Source: Pyrobaculum calidifontis JCM 11548
Lineage (GTDB): Archaea > Thermoproteota > Thermoprotei > Thermoproteales > Thermoproteaceae
Direction: 5' to 3'
Assembly (NCBI RefSeq): GCF_000015805.1
Contig: NC_009073.1
Coordinates: 360,001 to 392,000 of the forward strand
DNA length: 32,000 bases
This document shows, in pieces, positions 31,063-32,000 of this stretch (position 1 is the first letter of the stretch; each line of letters opens with the position of its first letter). The position numbers and the translations under genes are program-made. The notes under the pieces were generated by a model, which saw only the letters and a list, made by a program, of their open reading frames with translations, searched no databases and was not told the DNA's origin.

Positions 31063-31266
31063 ATGGCAAGATTTTTAAGGCGTTGTAGTAATATCATTGT
31101 GTCGCAGGTCACCGCGCTTTTACTTATTCTAGGAATCATAGTGCTCCTTGTCGGCGTTGTTCTTGTAGGCTGGGGGCATGGGCTTGATTGGGTACTAGGT
31201 CTCCCATTTATCATCTTGGGTCTCTACGCCGTATACACCGCGGGTAGCACTTCATGTAAGCCCTAG
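31063..31266 (+). CDS. small two-TM membrane protein (67 aa)
   Basis: ATG start. Two clear hydrophobic helices (VTALLLILGIIVLLVGVVLVGW and VLGLPFIILGLYAVYTAG). A/T-rich region upstream. No family recognised. Confidence 0.4.
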   Translation: MARFLRRCSNIIVSQVTALLLILGIIVLLVGVVLVGWGHGLDWVLGLPFIILGLYAVYTAGSTSCKP

Positions 31267-31273
31267 CGACGTG

Positions 31274-31618
31274 TTAAAAGCTCTTTTCAACTCTCACTTT
31301 GTCTGCGACAACCTTGGCCGTGACCACGGAGCGCGTGTTGTCTAGGCGTAGGTAGTATGTCCCACTCTCATATGCGTAAAACTCGTAGAGGTAGTGACCC
31401 CTGGCCACTACGTCCGCTATTACGTTGCCAGAGGGGGACCACAAGACGACTCTTACGTCGTTATTGCGGGGCAGGGGCTCGTCCCTAATAGACAAATCTA
31501 CGATGACGCGGGATCCGCCCTCGGCTAGAAGTATGAGTCGTAACGCCCCCGTGGGTAGACCCTTGCATTCACCGCATAGACGTGCACGCTGGGGGTGCAA
31601 GCGGGAGAAGGCCACCAC
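31274..31618 (-). CDS. hypothetical beta-rich protein, probably the 3' part of a frame-disrupted gene
   Basis: The C-terminal two thirds look genuine (LILLAEGGSRVIVDLSIRDEPLPRNNDVRVVLWSPSGNVIADVVARGHYLYEFYAYESGTYYLRLDNTRSVV). The N-terminal part of this frame looks out of frame, and a hydrophobic helix plus a Gly linker are encoded upstream in another frame (see finding). Confidence 0.4.
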   Translation of the reverse strand: MVAFSRLHPQRARLCGECKGLPTGALRLILLAEGGSRVIVDLSIRDEPLPRNNDVRVVLWSPSGNVIADVVARGHYLYEFYAYESGTYYLRLDNTRSVVTAKVVADKVRVEKSF

Positions 31619-31752
31619 ACACCTCCCCCACCTCCGCCACCACGTCCACCAATGGCGGAGAAAAACGAGAAAAACAGTACGACTGCTACAATAATTGCAA
31701 AGACGACTCCTTACTTCACGTCAATTTTTAAAAAATGGGGCTAAAATGTCAT

Positions 31753-32000
31753 ATGGCGAAGTGGCTGGCGGTGTTGCTTCTCGCCACGTTGCTTGTGGCG
31801 GCTCAGCCCCTCGCGGAGATTCTCAAGCTTAAAGTAGAGCCCTTACCCTGTCTGCTAAACTCAACATGTTCAGCGTATAGAGCTACAGCTCTCATAAATG
31901 CCTCAGCCAGCGGGCAGTTGGCACTTGGCGCATGGGCATTAGTAAAGGGGGAGTGGAAGGCGTTGGACTGGTGCTATCCCACGGGCTCCGGCCCCTGCAC
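31753..32000 (+). CDS. secreted/exported protein, N-terminal part only (runs off the right edge)
   Basis: ATG 31753 lies about 18-28 nt downstream of tttttaaaaaa (31725-31735). It encodes a signal-peptide-like N-terminus, MAKWLAVLLLATLLVAAQPLAEIL..., then Cys-containing sequence that stays open to the window end. Confidence 0.5.
   Translation, partial: MAKWLAVLLLATLLVAAQPLAEILKLKVEPLPCLLNSTCSAYRATALINASASGQLALGAWALVKGEWKALDWCYPTGSGPC

Noticed and set aside
1-32000. CRISPR arrays, rRNA genes, IS elements
   Set aside because: No regularly spaced direct repeats, no rRNA-like conserved stretches, and no transposase-like ORFs or terminal inverted repeats were seen on either strand.

Overview
The window looks like a chromosomal segment from a GC-rich crenarchaeon of the Thermoproteales (Pyrobaculum/Thermoproteus-like). 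Three things support this. Most first-in-operon genes have an A/T-rich TATA element centred about 22-25 nt upstream of the start codon with no Shine-Dalgarno spacer, which suggests leaderless mRNAs. The archaea-specific CoA genes (pantoate kinase and phosphopantothenate synthetase) are present. PaREP1-type proteins are present. Gene content, left to right: (1) a complete aspartate-to-threonine cluster, thrC-thrB-aspartokinase then asd-hom (274-5259, +). (2) A strongly A/T-rich 242-bp control region, then AMP-forming acetyl-CoA synthetase translationally coupled to an MFS (MHS-type) permease fused to four CBS domains (5502-9571, +). (3) A convergent CoA-precursor operon, PPS-panE-PoK (12009-9582, -). 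(4) A small accessory stretch with an MNT nucleotidyltransferase, a frame-disrupted HEPN partner, a TusA-like protein, an unknown protein, a Dps-like ferritin, a PaREP1 protein and a low-GC patch. (5) tRNA-Leu(UAG) (15648-15732, -). (6) A membrane-bound, Tat-exported, Cys-type FdnGHI-like formate dehydrogenase operon with fdhE/fdhD and a leading 67-aa ORF (22298-15756, -), preceded by a winged-helix regulator split by a G10 homopolymer. (7) A DUF59/TusA pair, a frameshifted PaREP1-like gene, flavin reductase, a VWA protein with a small membrane protein, a DegT-family aminotransferase, a TatD-like hydrolase, a KaiC/RecA-like ATPase with a sharp internal GC break, and several decayed or short membrane ORFs at the right end. 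No CRISPR array, rRNA, transposase or integrase was seen. The most unusual observations are the repeated frame disruptions at short G/C runs (thrC 5' end, regulator, PaREP1-like, HEPN and others), the G10-split regulator upstream of the FDH operon, the acs-coupled MFS-4xCBS fusion, and the phased palindromes upstream of acs. All functional calls come from motif recognition by eye; no database search was run.
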